The notes beneath the pieces were generated by a model. The model ran no database searches and had not been told where the DNA came from. It worked only from the letters and a program-made list of their open reading frames with translations. A stretch of DNA of 64,000 bases, taken from Octopus bimaculoides. Taxonomy: Eukaryota. The stretch lies in contig NC_068982.1 of the NCBI RefSeq assembly GCF_001194135.2, positions 61,360,926 to 61,424,925 of the forward strand. The letters are read 5' to 3'. Both the position numbers and the translations under genes were made by a program. Below are positions 40,725 through 52,605 of this stretch, piece after piece. Numbering within the stretch: position 1 is the stretch's first letter; each line of letters begins with the position of its first letter.

Positions 40725-40899
40725 TGCATGCGGATGCCTATTCTTTTACTCTACTGGCTCAATGCCATCTTCAAGGGTTTTAGTCATTTATTTTGACCAC
40801 AGAACTTAGTCTGGTGCTCATTTTATTAAACCTCTAATCTTCAAACAGATAAGTTTATCAGTGTTACATCCCTTCAGAGAGTCACCCAAAAGCATTATA

Positions 40900-41149
40900 C
40901 AACACCAGTCATTTTAATACCAAACCACCTACACTAAAATGTTCGTGTTAAAATTAAAAACTCAATCAAAAATCTTAATAGAACATGAAGGATATCATGA
41001 TATTCTAGATGGTCAACTCCAGTATAATATACTAACATATAAAGATACACATACTTTTACTAAACTACCAGACAGTCTTCATTATATTGAAAATTAATTG
41101 AAACACTTAGGCAGTCTACTTGTTAGAAATGTAGTCACGGAAGGGTTAA
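40900..41149. mobile_element. piggyBac-like MITE family P1, reverse orientation, diverged
   Basis: Ends GAAGGGTTAA. The body resembles the reverse complement of 5853-6078. Confidence 0.45.
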
Positions 41150-42143
41150 AAGAGAAGCTGTTGATAGTTTCAATAAACAGCCTATAATGGTATTTCAAAT
41201 GAAAATGGTGTTCTGTATTTTTTGTTTGTTGTTTTTTGTTTGTTGTGTTTTTTTTTTTTCTTTTTCATGAAAGAGAATGCAGCATATATCTCTGTGCTTG
41301 CGTGAGTGTATACATATAAACAAGCAGCAACATTTATTATCTACAAGCTGTGCCACAAGATGACAAAGAGACAGACTGACAAACAGATGAACAGCCGGTT
41401 AGAAAATATAAATGGCTCACAATATAATATAGAATAATTGTCACTGGAGAGAAGTTCCTGTATAGATCAGAGTGTTGTTGACATACATTCTTCATTTTAA
41501 TATTTTTCTCTCTTTCTTTCTTTCTTTCTTTCTCGCATGAATTTAAAAGACAGAATAAATCTATAAATCTCTCACACAAGTCACATGATGATAGCTGGTA
41601 TCAGTATAAAGTAAAGCAGCCCAAGGCTTGAATCGCTGAGATGTTTTAACAACATTTCAGGTAAATCACACCAACAAACATGACTTTCAGTTAGCAATTG
41701 AATTAGCTGCTTTCTACTTTAATGTCTGACATAGCCATGCTGAGATCCCAAATATGCTCAGATAAAAATATTTTAAAGTAGACAATGCATTAAAAAGTTT
41801 GCCAGTGTTGAGCGTATGTTAAGAAGATCAGCAAATAAATGCATTAAAACAGCTAACTAGAAGGGGCAGCTTCATACACAGAAAAGGGGAAATGTAACAA
41901 AACATATAAATATTTTTTTTTTAAACCAATACTATGGAGTACAAAGATTTAAAGATCAGAGGTTAAGGAGGTAGAATGCTGACCATGTATCATAAGTTCA
42001 AACCTAACAGCTTACAACCAGTGCTGAGCCTTTGAATAATGCATATATATAACTCAGCTTGTAAAGTACAAAAAAAATGAATGCTAAACAGTCATACATG
42101 TGTATATGTGTGTATCACCACCACCACTATCATCATCAACACC

Positions 42144-42201
<58 letters not shown>

Positions 42202-42204
42202 CAA

Positions 42205-42750
42205 TAAATGCCTTGATGCAGTATCAGGCAGTGGCTCTCATGACTTCTGATCTTAACTGATTGGAAGTGTTATCATGTACATTGTCTTGTCTTGGTATAA
42301 AAGACAGGCTACAGCAAATATTCTGCTCAGTACTACAGATTTGCTTGTCAGTTGTTTGACTGTAACCATTTGAGCATGTCCTTCAGTGGTTGACGATATG
42401 TGCATCTCTGATCACGAGCAGAAGTAGTGGGGGATCATCATAGCCATGTGTTGAGAGGAATTCTTTGGGGTTTGGATAATTCACCTTTGGGAACATGGGT
42501 GTTTTGTTCATCATCCTTAAACAACCCTTATTCAGGGACCTTTTGAGCAGGATGGGCTACTCACCCTGAAGAAAATCCTAACTGGGCCCCATCTGCAAGG
42601 TCATGCATTGTTAATTTTGATGTGAGATCACTATGTCATGCACATACAGTTGTGATGCATATGCCTGGTGTACCCTTATCAGATGGGTATACTGGACTTT
42701 GTATATTTTACCCCAATGTCATTTTGATGACATGCACTACTCTCTCACTC
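42205..42750 (+). mobile_element. About 545-bp unclassified element flanked by (AAT)n on both sides
   Basis: Sharp, higher-GC block between (AAT)n at 42145-42200 and 42751-42790. Confidence 0.6.
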
Positions 42751-42794
42751 AATAATAATAATAATAATGATAATAATAATAATAATGATAACGG

Positions 42795-43110
42795 TTTAAA
42801 AGTTTTGGCACAAGGCCAGCAAGTTTGGGGGTGGGGTAAGCTGATTACATCAACCCCAGTACTTAACTGCTATTTATTTCATCTACCCTGAAAGGATGAA
42901 AGGCAAAGTCAATCTTGACAGAATTTGAGCTGAAAATGTAAAGACAGACAAAATGGCACTAAGCATCTTGCCCAGCATGATAATAATTCTGTTTGACGGC
43001 ATTTCATCCATCTTTACATTTGAATTCAAATTCTGCCAAAGACAACTTTGCCTTTCATCCTTCCAGGATCAATAAAATAAGTACCAGGCTAGTGCTGGGG
43101 TATATGTGAC
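42795..43110. mobile_element. Head-to-head pair of SINE family B copies
   Basis: Minus copy at about 42795-42990. Plus partial copy at about 42992-43110 (ctttgcctttcatccttccaggatcaataaaataagtaccag). Confidence 0.8.
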
Positions 43111-43196
43111 ATGACTATGCATAATTTCACACAAAAGAATTTTATATTGATTTTCTTTTTAACTATTCAATATTTTTTCATGAGATATAGTAAATA

Positions 43197-43670
43197 TGAG
43201 GTGCTATCAAAAAGTTCCCGGATTAGTTCTGTAGCACACCAACAGATGGCAGCATATAGTTGTGTGCACAGTGAAAGCTAGCAGTGATCTTGCTGAGGCA
43301 GTGTATTGAGTGACATCGCTGTCTTTACTTTGCAAATTAGTGTTTTTGTGAACATGTGTAAGCTGTAGTTTGCGATTTTGTCATGGACAGGAACAAAAAA
43401 CCAACGTGAAATTTTGCATTAAACTTGGGAAGTCTGCTACAGAGACATTGAGCATGATTTGGCAAGCTCACAGCAATGAAGCAATGGGTTATATGTAATG
43501 TTTCAAGTGGCACGGTGCTTCAAACGTGGAAGGTCTCTGGAAGATGAGCAATATAGAAAACTTACCACCAGTGTCACTCTTGGAAATGTGGTATTGTACA
43601 TCAAGAATTATTCCCCCAGGGTCAGACCATCAATCAACAGTTCTACTGCAACAGTTCTACTTCAAGTAGA
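43197..43670 (+). mobile_element. Deleted mariner relic (5' TIR and transposase N-terminus)
   Basis: TA-TGAGGTGCTATCAAAAAGTTCCCGG TIR; NVKFCIKLGKSATETLSMI; FKRGRSLEDE; later PQGQTINQQFYC. Confidence 0.8.
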
Positions 43671-43813
43671 AATAGTAAGTCCTTGGCACAGTATCATATA
43701 TTTGAAAAAATTAATAGAAATGGTTTTTCTGATAATTTTACCACTTTAATAATCAGGATAAACATCTAATTATTAAAGTGGAAAAATTACCAAAAAAGCC
43801 ATTTCTATTTTTT

Positions 43814-43854
<41 letters not shown>

Positions 43855-43859
<5 letters not shown>

Positions 43860-44005
43860 ACAGGCTTCTTTCAGTTTCTGTCTACCAAATCCACTCTCAA
43901 GGATTTGACCAGGTCAGGGTTATATAGTAGAAGGTGCTGTGCTATGAGACTGAACCCAAGACCGTATGGTTGGGTAGTAAGATTCTTACCAGACAGCCAT
44001 GCCTG
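43855..44005 (-). mobile_element. SINE family A 5' half
   Basis: ggcttctttcagtttctgtctaccaaatccact...cagccatgcc. Confidence 0.8.
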
Positions 44006-45626
44006 TTTAATAAATTTTTGAAACTAAAGAGAAAATAAATTAATCTCTATGCAGCCTTTTAAAGTGTTTGCTTTAAAACTAAAAACAAAGGTTTGAACTA
44101 TTGATTCCAAAATATGTGTTATCAGATTTCATCAAAAGACACTGGAATGTGGATTTATCAACTGGAACTGAATTGGTTTTATCAACTCTAGAATTCAATG
44201 CTTTATTAAGTAAACTAAACAATGTCTATATTCTACAGAGAGAACTAATACCATCAACACATTTCACACAAGAAGAAAGAAAATAACATGTATCTCATAT
44301 TTCAAATTATTTGCAAAAGATAAAAAAATAGTTGGTGGGTATCACATAAAATGCTTTAAGTATGATAGCAAGAACAATTACTTCAAATAATATGGCTGCA
44401 GTATCAAATAGAAAAGTTGGTGATACTGTGATCTTTGAGAAGAAAAAAATAATCAAAATAAAATATATAGGTAGGGTTAATAATTACATCCTTTTCATAT
44501 TCATAAACAATATTTTTGCATGTTTTTTCTTTCCATTTTTTTTTTTTTTTTTGAGCTAGCAGACATCAAAGCTGTTAGGCAACATTTTAGCTTTGTTCAA
44601 TGAACTGTTTAAGCATCACATCTTTAGTTTATAGGAAAGCAAGACCAGGAAAAGCTCCAGTTATTCAATTCTACAATAAACTGTTGTAGAAATGTAATCC
44701 TGTAAATCTATTATAAACTTTGATTCTGGTTTATATCAAAGTGCAAGGCTCCTCCTCATCTTGTTAACTCAAGATTGAGTTTCTAGCAGAAATGGAGCAA
44801 AGCTTTTAATGTCTTTAAATGCAATATAAGAATGAATTTTTCCCTAATAATTTCAAGAGTTTTTTTTTTGTTCGTTTGTTTGTGTTGGTTTTTTTTTTTG
44901 TAGGGGGTGTTTTTGCTTTGTTTTGTTTTGTTTTTAATGAATTATTCAGTTCCTCTTCATTGCATCTTCTATAATATTATCATTTCTTATGGAGATCTCT
45001 TGCAGAAAGAATCTGATTTTTATCAATTGCAAATTAATTAAATGAACAACTTGGAAATGAAGTAGTGAACTACAAATATTCCAAAAATAGATGCAAATGA
45101 TCTGTTTCCATTGACAACAAGAAGGTATAAGGATAATTACTGCATGCTACTTCTAACAATCTGCATTATATGATGGTTACCTACAGTGTCAACAAACATA
45201 TATCTTCAAGAGCTAAAGTTTTTTAAAATAATTCCTTTGATTAAATGCTAAATGACCAAATGTAGATCACTAGAACAAGCATAAATCAAGTTCATCAAGT
45301 ATATAAATGACAGCTGTCACTGCTGTTTTCTTCAATCTTTAAATAAAAGCAAAGCTATAAAACTTAAGAAAGACAGATGAAGGTAGAAAATTCAAAAAAA
45401 ACTAACATTCACCATGAACCGTAAGCCAGTTATGTAATGTTGGACTGAAGGTTCAAATTATGCAGCAATGAATCATAAGGCAACTTTAAAAAATTAACTT
45501 TAAAAAAATCAAATCTTTACATGATGATTTTAGGGATTTTTATGGATACTTGTGAATTAGAGTTGCTTTGTGATTAATAGCAGTACTGTGGTGATTAATA
45601 GCAGTACTGTGGTAATAACAACAACA

Positions 45627-45770
45627 ACATCGAAAAATACCTTAGGAATGAGAACCCAGGTTTGAAATTTCCCCAAGACACCTGATGAAGGCTGGAGGGT
45701 ATATCAGCCGAAACGTTGTGCTAACAACAAACAAGATGAGGACAAATATCTGTCAATGTAAATAATGTAT
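45627..45770 (+). mobile_element. Short Penelope-LTR-like element (family H1) carrying a hammerhead
   Basis: About 140-bp block following (AAC)n and containing the motif at 45677-45722. Confidence 0.6.
45677..45722 (+). ncRNA. Minimal type-I hammerhead ribozyme motif
   Basis: CAC-CUGAUGA-A-GGCUG-(10-nt loop)-CAGCC-GAAAC-GUU-GUG. Core intact, 5-bp stem II, 3-bp stem I, loopless stem III. Confidence 0.7.
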
Positions 45771-45774
45771 ACAG

Positions 45775-45975
45775 ACAAGGCCTGGAATTTTGTGGGGAAG
45801 GAGACAGTTGATTTTATTGACCCCAGTGTTTGACTGGTACTTATTTCATCAACCCTAAAAGGACAAAAGCAAAGTCAACTTCGACAGAATTTGAACTCAG
45901 AATGTAAAGAGCCAGAAGAAATACTGTCAAGCATTTTGTCTGACACTCTAATAATTTTGCCAGCTCACCACCTTA
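45775..45975 (-). mobile_element. SINE family B copy
   Basis: Reverse-complement core actggtacttatttcatcaaccctaaaagga...gaatttgaactcagaa. Confidence 0.8.
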
Positions 45976-46312
45976 TGAGTCAATTACTTAGCCTCCTGTG
46001 ATTAGAGTTTACAATGAATAGATGATCAGCTTAACTAAACTCTACTAGGAGGAGTTGAATGCAGCACTGCAAACTAACAAACCTCTTATCAAATTTGCAG
46101 TGCTGCTCCTGCATACAGCACTAAGCATTTCATATTTTGTAGTACCTATTTACGGTAGACTGAACCGTTTGAGAGTTGTGTTATGGATGGACACAGTGTA
46201 ATACTAATGACAGGATATGAACAGACAAACTCTCTACTGGTTGTCTCCAACACTATACTATCCTGGTTATCTTTGCCTGAATCAATTTAGCATAAGCAAA
46301 TTAAGAACTAAT

Positions 46313-46540
46313 TTAACACTTTAGCCTTTAAACTGGCCATATCCAGCCCAAATATTCTATTTGTTTTATGTTCAAACTGGCCAGTCCTGGCCTCTCACAT
46401 CTAACCTACAATGTCATTCTAAAAATATACAATCACATCACTGAAATTTCAAAGCTACAAGATAATAGAGAGCTAATTGAAAACAGTGTGAATAAATAAA
46501 CATTACATTTGACAGAGTAATCTGAATGCTAAAGGGTTAA
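46313..46540. mobile_element. piggyBac-like MITE family P2, complete
   Basis: TIRs TTAACACTTTAGC / GCTAAAGGGTTAA, TTAA at both ends, about 228 bp. Confidence 0.8.
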
Positions 46541-49539
46541 ATTAACAAGTAATTAATCTTGACTGGCAACAAATAAAGATTTAGAGAGTTTGAAGTTTAG
46601 CTGGTCATGTCTGAGATTAGGAGCGAAGAGAAATGTCTTCAGCCATCATTACTAGTCATCAAGTTTCATAACAAAAAAAATTACAATTATATACAGTTTG
46701 AACAACAAAGTTCTTGTCTCAAATTTTGACATTATCATTCTGTTTAATCTGTATGTACATGTACACACACATACAAGAAAGGAAGATACTCCTCAAAAAA
46801 GATGGAATGGTCACAATTGGAATGCTTTTGATCAAAGATAGACCAGAGGTTAAACAACACTAAGACAAGACAGTCAGAGTGAGGGAGTGAGCAATACATA
46901 CAAGATGTTTCATTCAAGCTAAAAAGGTGAATAGCAGCCTACTTTTACTCAATACCATCATGATTCTGAGTCAAATAAAGTATTAATAACAAACTAAACA
47001 GAACTTAATGGTTTTGTGAGTTTATTTCAAATAAAATACCCTGCCTCTGCATTTCAATTAATTTCAAAACAATCAAGTATTTTGAGGGATTTAGTAAAAT
47101 AAGTAACTTGTTTACCACTATGCTGGTGAAGAACATAATAAAACATAATTAGATAAAATTATGATGTATGATTTTAACCTGCATGTAAACATTTAAACTG
47201 GAGGTGTTATATAATGGAATTGGAGCAGTTTCAGATGAGTTGGTATCAAATTTATAAAAGATGATCCAATCATTCTGATAGCCTGACCACATACACACAC
47301 ACACACACGCACACACATGCACGCATGCATCTTATCTCAATAATGGCAAGGAAGATTTTAAAGTATGTTGATTTTGTTGGTATTACATTCTCACACCAAT
47401 TTTTCAAGAATACAACAGCTTAGATTTTTAGTATTTCAGTGGCCCACCATTCTACTAACTAATCAATAACAAAGAAAATATGGATCTTTATACTTTTTAT
47501 CTTCTTTCAATCAGAATCCTTTCAATAGTACAGCAATCTTTCTCTCCAAATATACATACATATATTTTTTCAAGTAACAATAAACTATAACTGAACAAGG
47601 AACAATGTCTAGTTAGTGTTCATTCTTTATAAAAATACATATTCTTTTTTTTTTGGTTTTGCTTTTTTTTTTGTTGCCTCTAGATTACTAAATACAACTG
47701 AATAAAAATTTGGCTATAGTAATTTTTAAAGAATCCCAGCATTCGTAAGCCCTTGACACCCCAAAAATGCTAAGCTGGTAATTGGAAGTATTCACTTTCT
47801 TATAGAATTTCTTTATTTAGCAATTTCTATGAATGGTTAACATTTGCATGGCCTCCAATTTTAGAGAATGGCATGTTGAAAAATAAGTTTCAGATATTTT
47901 NNNNNNNNNNNNNNNNNNNNNNNNNNNNNNNNNNNNNNNNNNNNNNNNNNNNNNNNNNNNNNNNNNNNNNNNNNNNNNNNNNNNNNNNNNNNNNNNNNNN
48001 NNNNNNNNNNNNNNNNNNNNNNNNNNNNNNNNNNNNNNNNNNNNNNNNNNNNNNNNNNNNNNNNNNNNNNNNNNNNNNNNNNNNNNNNNNNNNNNNNNNN
48101 NNNNNNNNNNNNNNNNNNNNNTAAGAATTAGTTGATATAGAAAATTACAAATTACAGTCACGTTAATCTTTCTTTCTAGCTTTATTCTATTTTATTTTTC
48201 AGTTGGACTACTCAGTTAAAACTCCCAACTGTTATTCATCAACAAATTAAATTCTCTATGTTGCCAAATTTCTTTCTGAGATGCTTCCAAGTCTTTCACC
48301 CATCACTGATGTTTCATGAAACAAAAGAATTGTCTTTTCTACAAAAGTTACAACAAAAAAAAAAATTAATCTTTTCTTATTCATAAGGTTTAAAAGACAA
48401 AAGTGATGTAAATGTGACTTCAGTTTCACTAGAATAGAATTAGTAGATACAGATATTAAGATGCAGGTTCAAATTTTTAAAAATTACAGGCGGTGACTCC
48501 CAACAAGGCCATAGGTAACCAGCAATAAAACTGGCCTCATGTCACCATTTAGTTTGATTGGAATTACAAACAATAAAATAAAATAAAGATAAAGGGGAAA
48601 AAATCTCATGAAAAGCTGCCCTAAAAACCATAAAACAACCAACTCACGGTTTAAAAGAATTAAGATTATATTTATCAGAGAAACACAAAGGAAGAGAATT
48701 CCACAAGACAGACATTCAAGAAATATAAAAAACAATCTATTAGAATAGAATCACTTCATACAGAGGGGACAACAACAATGTAACGATGAAAATTAGTAGA
48801 AAAATAAGTCATTTCATTAATAACATTAAGAATAAGAACAGGAGAAGAAAATTTAGTAGGACAATAATCATGGAAATATATTTTTAGAAGAGAGATAAAA
48901 CAAAAACAATGTTCCAAAAGTAAGAGAGGAGTTAAAACTTAGCTGCCAAAACAGAACTAATACTGTAAGAAACTTACTTCTGAACTTAATCAAGAGATAG
49001 AACACAAGTAGAGGTATCGGTTCAGATGTGGCAACAGTATTCCCTACAAGGGTGAATAAGAGACTTATAAAGTTGAAGAATACATTTTAGAGGAATGAGC
49101 TTCATAGAGAGAACCAACCTTTATAGTGAATAATTTAGCAATACATCTAATATGATCATTCCAAGTATGATCTTTAGAAAAAGTTGAACTGATTAGAAGA
49201 CAGTATTTGATGTAGAAATAAAAATATGATCAGAGTTATTATATTGATTAATGGAAAGAAGTTTAGTTTTTGCAGAGTAGAAAGAAACCAACCACTGAGG
49301 ACTGCAATCAATCACCAAACGCAAATCAAGCTCAAGAGAGTTAACCATTTTAACCCAATCAAACAAATTAGTCTCCTAATTCAAACAAAAATACAATGAA
49401 GAGTCACCAGCAGAGATAGCAGAGTTAGACATTATATCATCTGGAAGATCATTGATAAAAAATCAGAACAAGATCAGAGCAAGAAAAGAATCTTAACAAA
49501 TACCAAATAAAATAGAGTAAGTCAAAGAATGTTGGCTAT

Positions 49540-49766
49540 TTAATCCTTCAGTATTTGGATGACTCTTTCAAATGTAATGCTTATTTATTAACATTGTTCT
49601 GCATTATTCATGCATTATCTTGTAGGTTTGAGATTTTGATGATGTGCTTGTTTATTTTTAGAATGATATTGTAGGGCTGGTGTGAGAGGCCATATCTGGT
49701 TAGTGTGAATGGAAAACAGGTAGAATATTTGAACCAGATATGGTTGGTTTATGTACTAAAGGTTAA
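49540..49766. mobile_element. piggyBac-like MITE family P2
   Basis: TTAATCCTTCAGTAT...TACTAAAGGTTAA. The body matches 16104-16316. Confidence 0.75.
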
Positions 49767-49911
49767 AAGGACTTTTAATGCTCTACTCGTCTCAAAAAGA
49801 TTTAAGAATCCTAAGGATGCTTTCAGGAATAATTATACATAGGTGCAGGCATGGCTGTTTGGTAAAAAGTGGATTTGGTAGACGGTAACTGAAAGAAGCC
49901 TGTTGTGTGTG

Positions 49912-49951
<40 letters not shown>

Positions 49952-50925
49952 NNNNNNNNNNNNNNNNNNNNNNNNNNNNNNNNNNNNNNNNNNNNNNNNN
50001 NNNNNNNNNNNNNNNNNNNNNNNNNNNNNNNNNNNNNNNNNNNNNNNNNNNNNNNNNNNNNNNNNNNNNNNNNNNNNNNNNNNNNNNNNNNNNNNNNNNN
50101 NNNNNNNNNNNNNNNNNNNNNNNNNNNNNNNNNNNNNNNNNNNNNNNNNNNNNNNNNNNNNNNNNNNNNNNNNNNNNNNNNNNNNNNNNNNNNNNNNNNN
50201 NNNNNNNNNNNNNNNNNNNNNNNNNNNNNNNNNNNNNNNNNNNNNNNNNNNNNNNNNNNNNNNNNNNNNNNNNNNNNNNNNNNNNNNNNNNNNNNNNNNN
50301 NNNNNNNNNNNNNNNNNNNNNNNNNNNNNNNNNNNNNNNNNNNNNNNNNNNNNNNNNNNNNNNNNNNNNNNNNNNNNNNNNNNNNNNNNNNNNNNNNNNN
50401 NNNNNNNNNNNNNNNNNNNNNNNNNNNNNNNNNNNNNNNNNNNNNNNNNNNNNNNNNNNNNNNNNNNNNNNNNNNNNNNNNNNNNNNNNNNNNNNNNNNN
50501 NNNNNNNNNNNNNNNNNNNNNNNNNNNNNNNNNNNNNNNNNNNNNNNNNNNNNNNNNNNNNNNNNNNNNNNNNNNNNNNNNNNNNNNNNNNNNNNNNNNN
50601 NNNNNNNNNNNNNNNNNNNNNNNNNNNNNNNNNNNNNNNNNNNNNNNNNNNNNNNNNNNNNNNNNNNNNNNNNNNNNNNNNNNNNNNNNNNNNNNNNNNN
50701 NNNNNNNNNNNNNNNNNNNNNNNNNNNNNNNNNNNNNNNNNNNNNNNNNNNNNNNNNNNNNNNNNNNNNNNNNNNNNNNNNNNNNNNNNNNNNNNNNNNN
50801 NNNNNNNNNNNNNNNNNNNNNNNNNNNNNNNNNNNNNNNNNNNNNNNNNNNNNNNNNNNNNNNNNNNNNNNNNNNNNNNNNNNNNNNNNNNNNNNNNNNN
50901 NNNNNNNNNNNNNNNNNNNNNNNNC

Positions 50926-51390
50926 CACTACACTCTCTGAGTGGTTGGCGTTAGGAAGGGCATCCAGCGGTAGAAACTCTGCCAAATCAGACTGGAGCCT
51001 GGTGTTGCCATCCGGTTTCACCAGTCCTCAGTCAAATCGTCCAACCCATGCTAGCATGGAAAGCGGACGTTAAACGATGATGATGATGATTATACATATA
51101 TATACATATATATATATACACATATGAATTACATATATATATTATATATATATATATATACATATACATTATATATATATATATATATTATACATATATA
51201 TACATATATATATCTACACTCTCGGGGTGGTTGGCGTTAGGAAGGGCATCCAGCTGTAGAAACTCTGCCAAATCAGATTGGAGCCTGGTGTCGCCTCCTG
51301 GTCCACCAGTCCTCAGTCAAATCGTCCAACCCATGCTAGCATGGAAAGCGGACGTTAAACAACGATGATGATGATGATGATGATGATGAT
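50926..51390 (+). mobile_element. Two tandem young RTE 3' tails (family C)
   Basis: 50926-51090 and 51214-51390 both read ...gtggttggcgttaggaagggcatccag...ggaaagcggacgttaaac(GAT)n. Confidence 0.88.
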
Positions 51391-51579
51391 ACATATATAT
51401 ATATATTATAAATATATACACATATATTTAATTCTATATATATTATTATATATATTATATATATATTATTATATATATACATATATATTCTATATGAATA
51501 TATATATTTATTTTATATGTATATATATATTTATTCAATATGTATATATACATAAATATAATATATAATATATATGTAT

Positions 51580-52445
51580 TCATCATCATCATCACCGTTT
51601 AACGTCCGCTTTCCATGCTAGCATGGGTTGGACGATTTGACTGAGGACTGGCGAACCAGATGGCTTCACTAGGCTCCAATCTGATCTGGCAGATGCCCTT
51701 CCTAATGCCAACCACTCCGAAAGTGTAGTGGGTGCTTTTACGTGCCACCAGCACGAGGGCCAGTCACACAGTACTGGCAACGGCCACTCTCAAAATGGTG
51801 TTTTTTATGTGCCACCTGCACAGGAGCCAGTCCAGCGGCACTGGCAATGACCTCACTCGAATGTTTTTCCCATGCCACCAGCACAAGTGCCAGTAAGACG
51901 ACACTGGTAACGATCACCCTCAAATGGTGCTATTTATGTGCCACTGGCACGGAAGCCACACAACTGCTTTGGCAATGATCATGCACAGACGGTGTCGTTA
52001 GCGCTCCAATGGCACAGGTGCCAGTCATCGAGTTTTGTTCAATTACGATTTCGATTTCACTTGCTCCAACAGGTCTTCACAAGCAGAGTTTAGCATCCAA
52101 TGAAGGAAAGGTACGCATAAGTAGGCTGGCTACACCCCTGGTAAAGGCCACAGATTATGGTCTCACTTGGCTTGCCTGGTTTTCTCACGCACAGCATATT
52201 TCCAAAAGTCTTGGTCACTAGTCATTGCCTTGGTGAGGCCTAATGTTCAAAGGTCATGCTTCACCACCTCATCCCAGGTTTTCCTGAGTCTACCTCTTCT
52301 ACAGGTTCCCTCAACCGCTAGGGTTTGGCGCTTTTTCACACAGCTATCCTCATCCATTCTCGCCACATGACCATACCAGAGCAATCATCTCTCTTGCACA
52401 ATACAGCTGATGCTTCTTAGGTCCAACTTTTCTCTCAAGGTACTT
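51580..52445 (-). mobile_element. 5'-truncated RTE-clade LINE (ORF2 C-terminus, 3' UTR with about 65-bp VNTR, (GAT)n tail)
   Basis: Minus strand reads LREKLDLRSISCIVQER*LLWYGHVARMDEDSCVKK...EGTCRRGRLRKTWDEVVKHDL, the RTE C-terminal WxGHV..GRPRxxW signature. Confidence 0.88.
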
Positions 52446-52454
52446 ACACCAATA

Positions 52455-52605
52455 TTAGTGTGTTTACATCCTTGTAACTTAGTGGTTCTTTGAAAGAGAC
52501 TAATAAGCCCTAGGCTTACAAAGAACAAGTCCTGGGGTCAATTTATTTGACTAAAAGGTAATGCTCCAGCATGGCTGCAGTCAAATGACTGAAACAAGTA
52601 AAATA
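52455..52605 (+). mobile_element. SINE family A 3' half
   Basis: gtgtgtttacatcc...aagtcctggggtcaattt...gctccagcatggctgcagtcaaatgactgaaacaagtaaaa. Confidence 0.85.

Noticed and set aside
45570-45612. 21-bp direct tandem duplication (gtgattaatagcagtactgtg x2)
   Set aside because: A simple local duplication. It does not flank the neighbouring element as a TSD.
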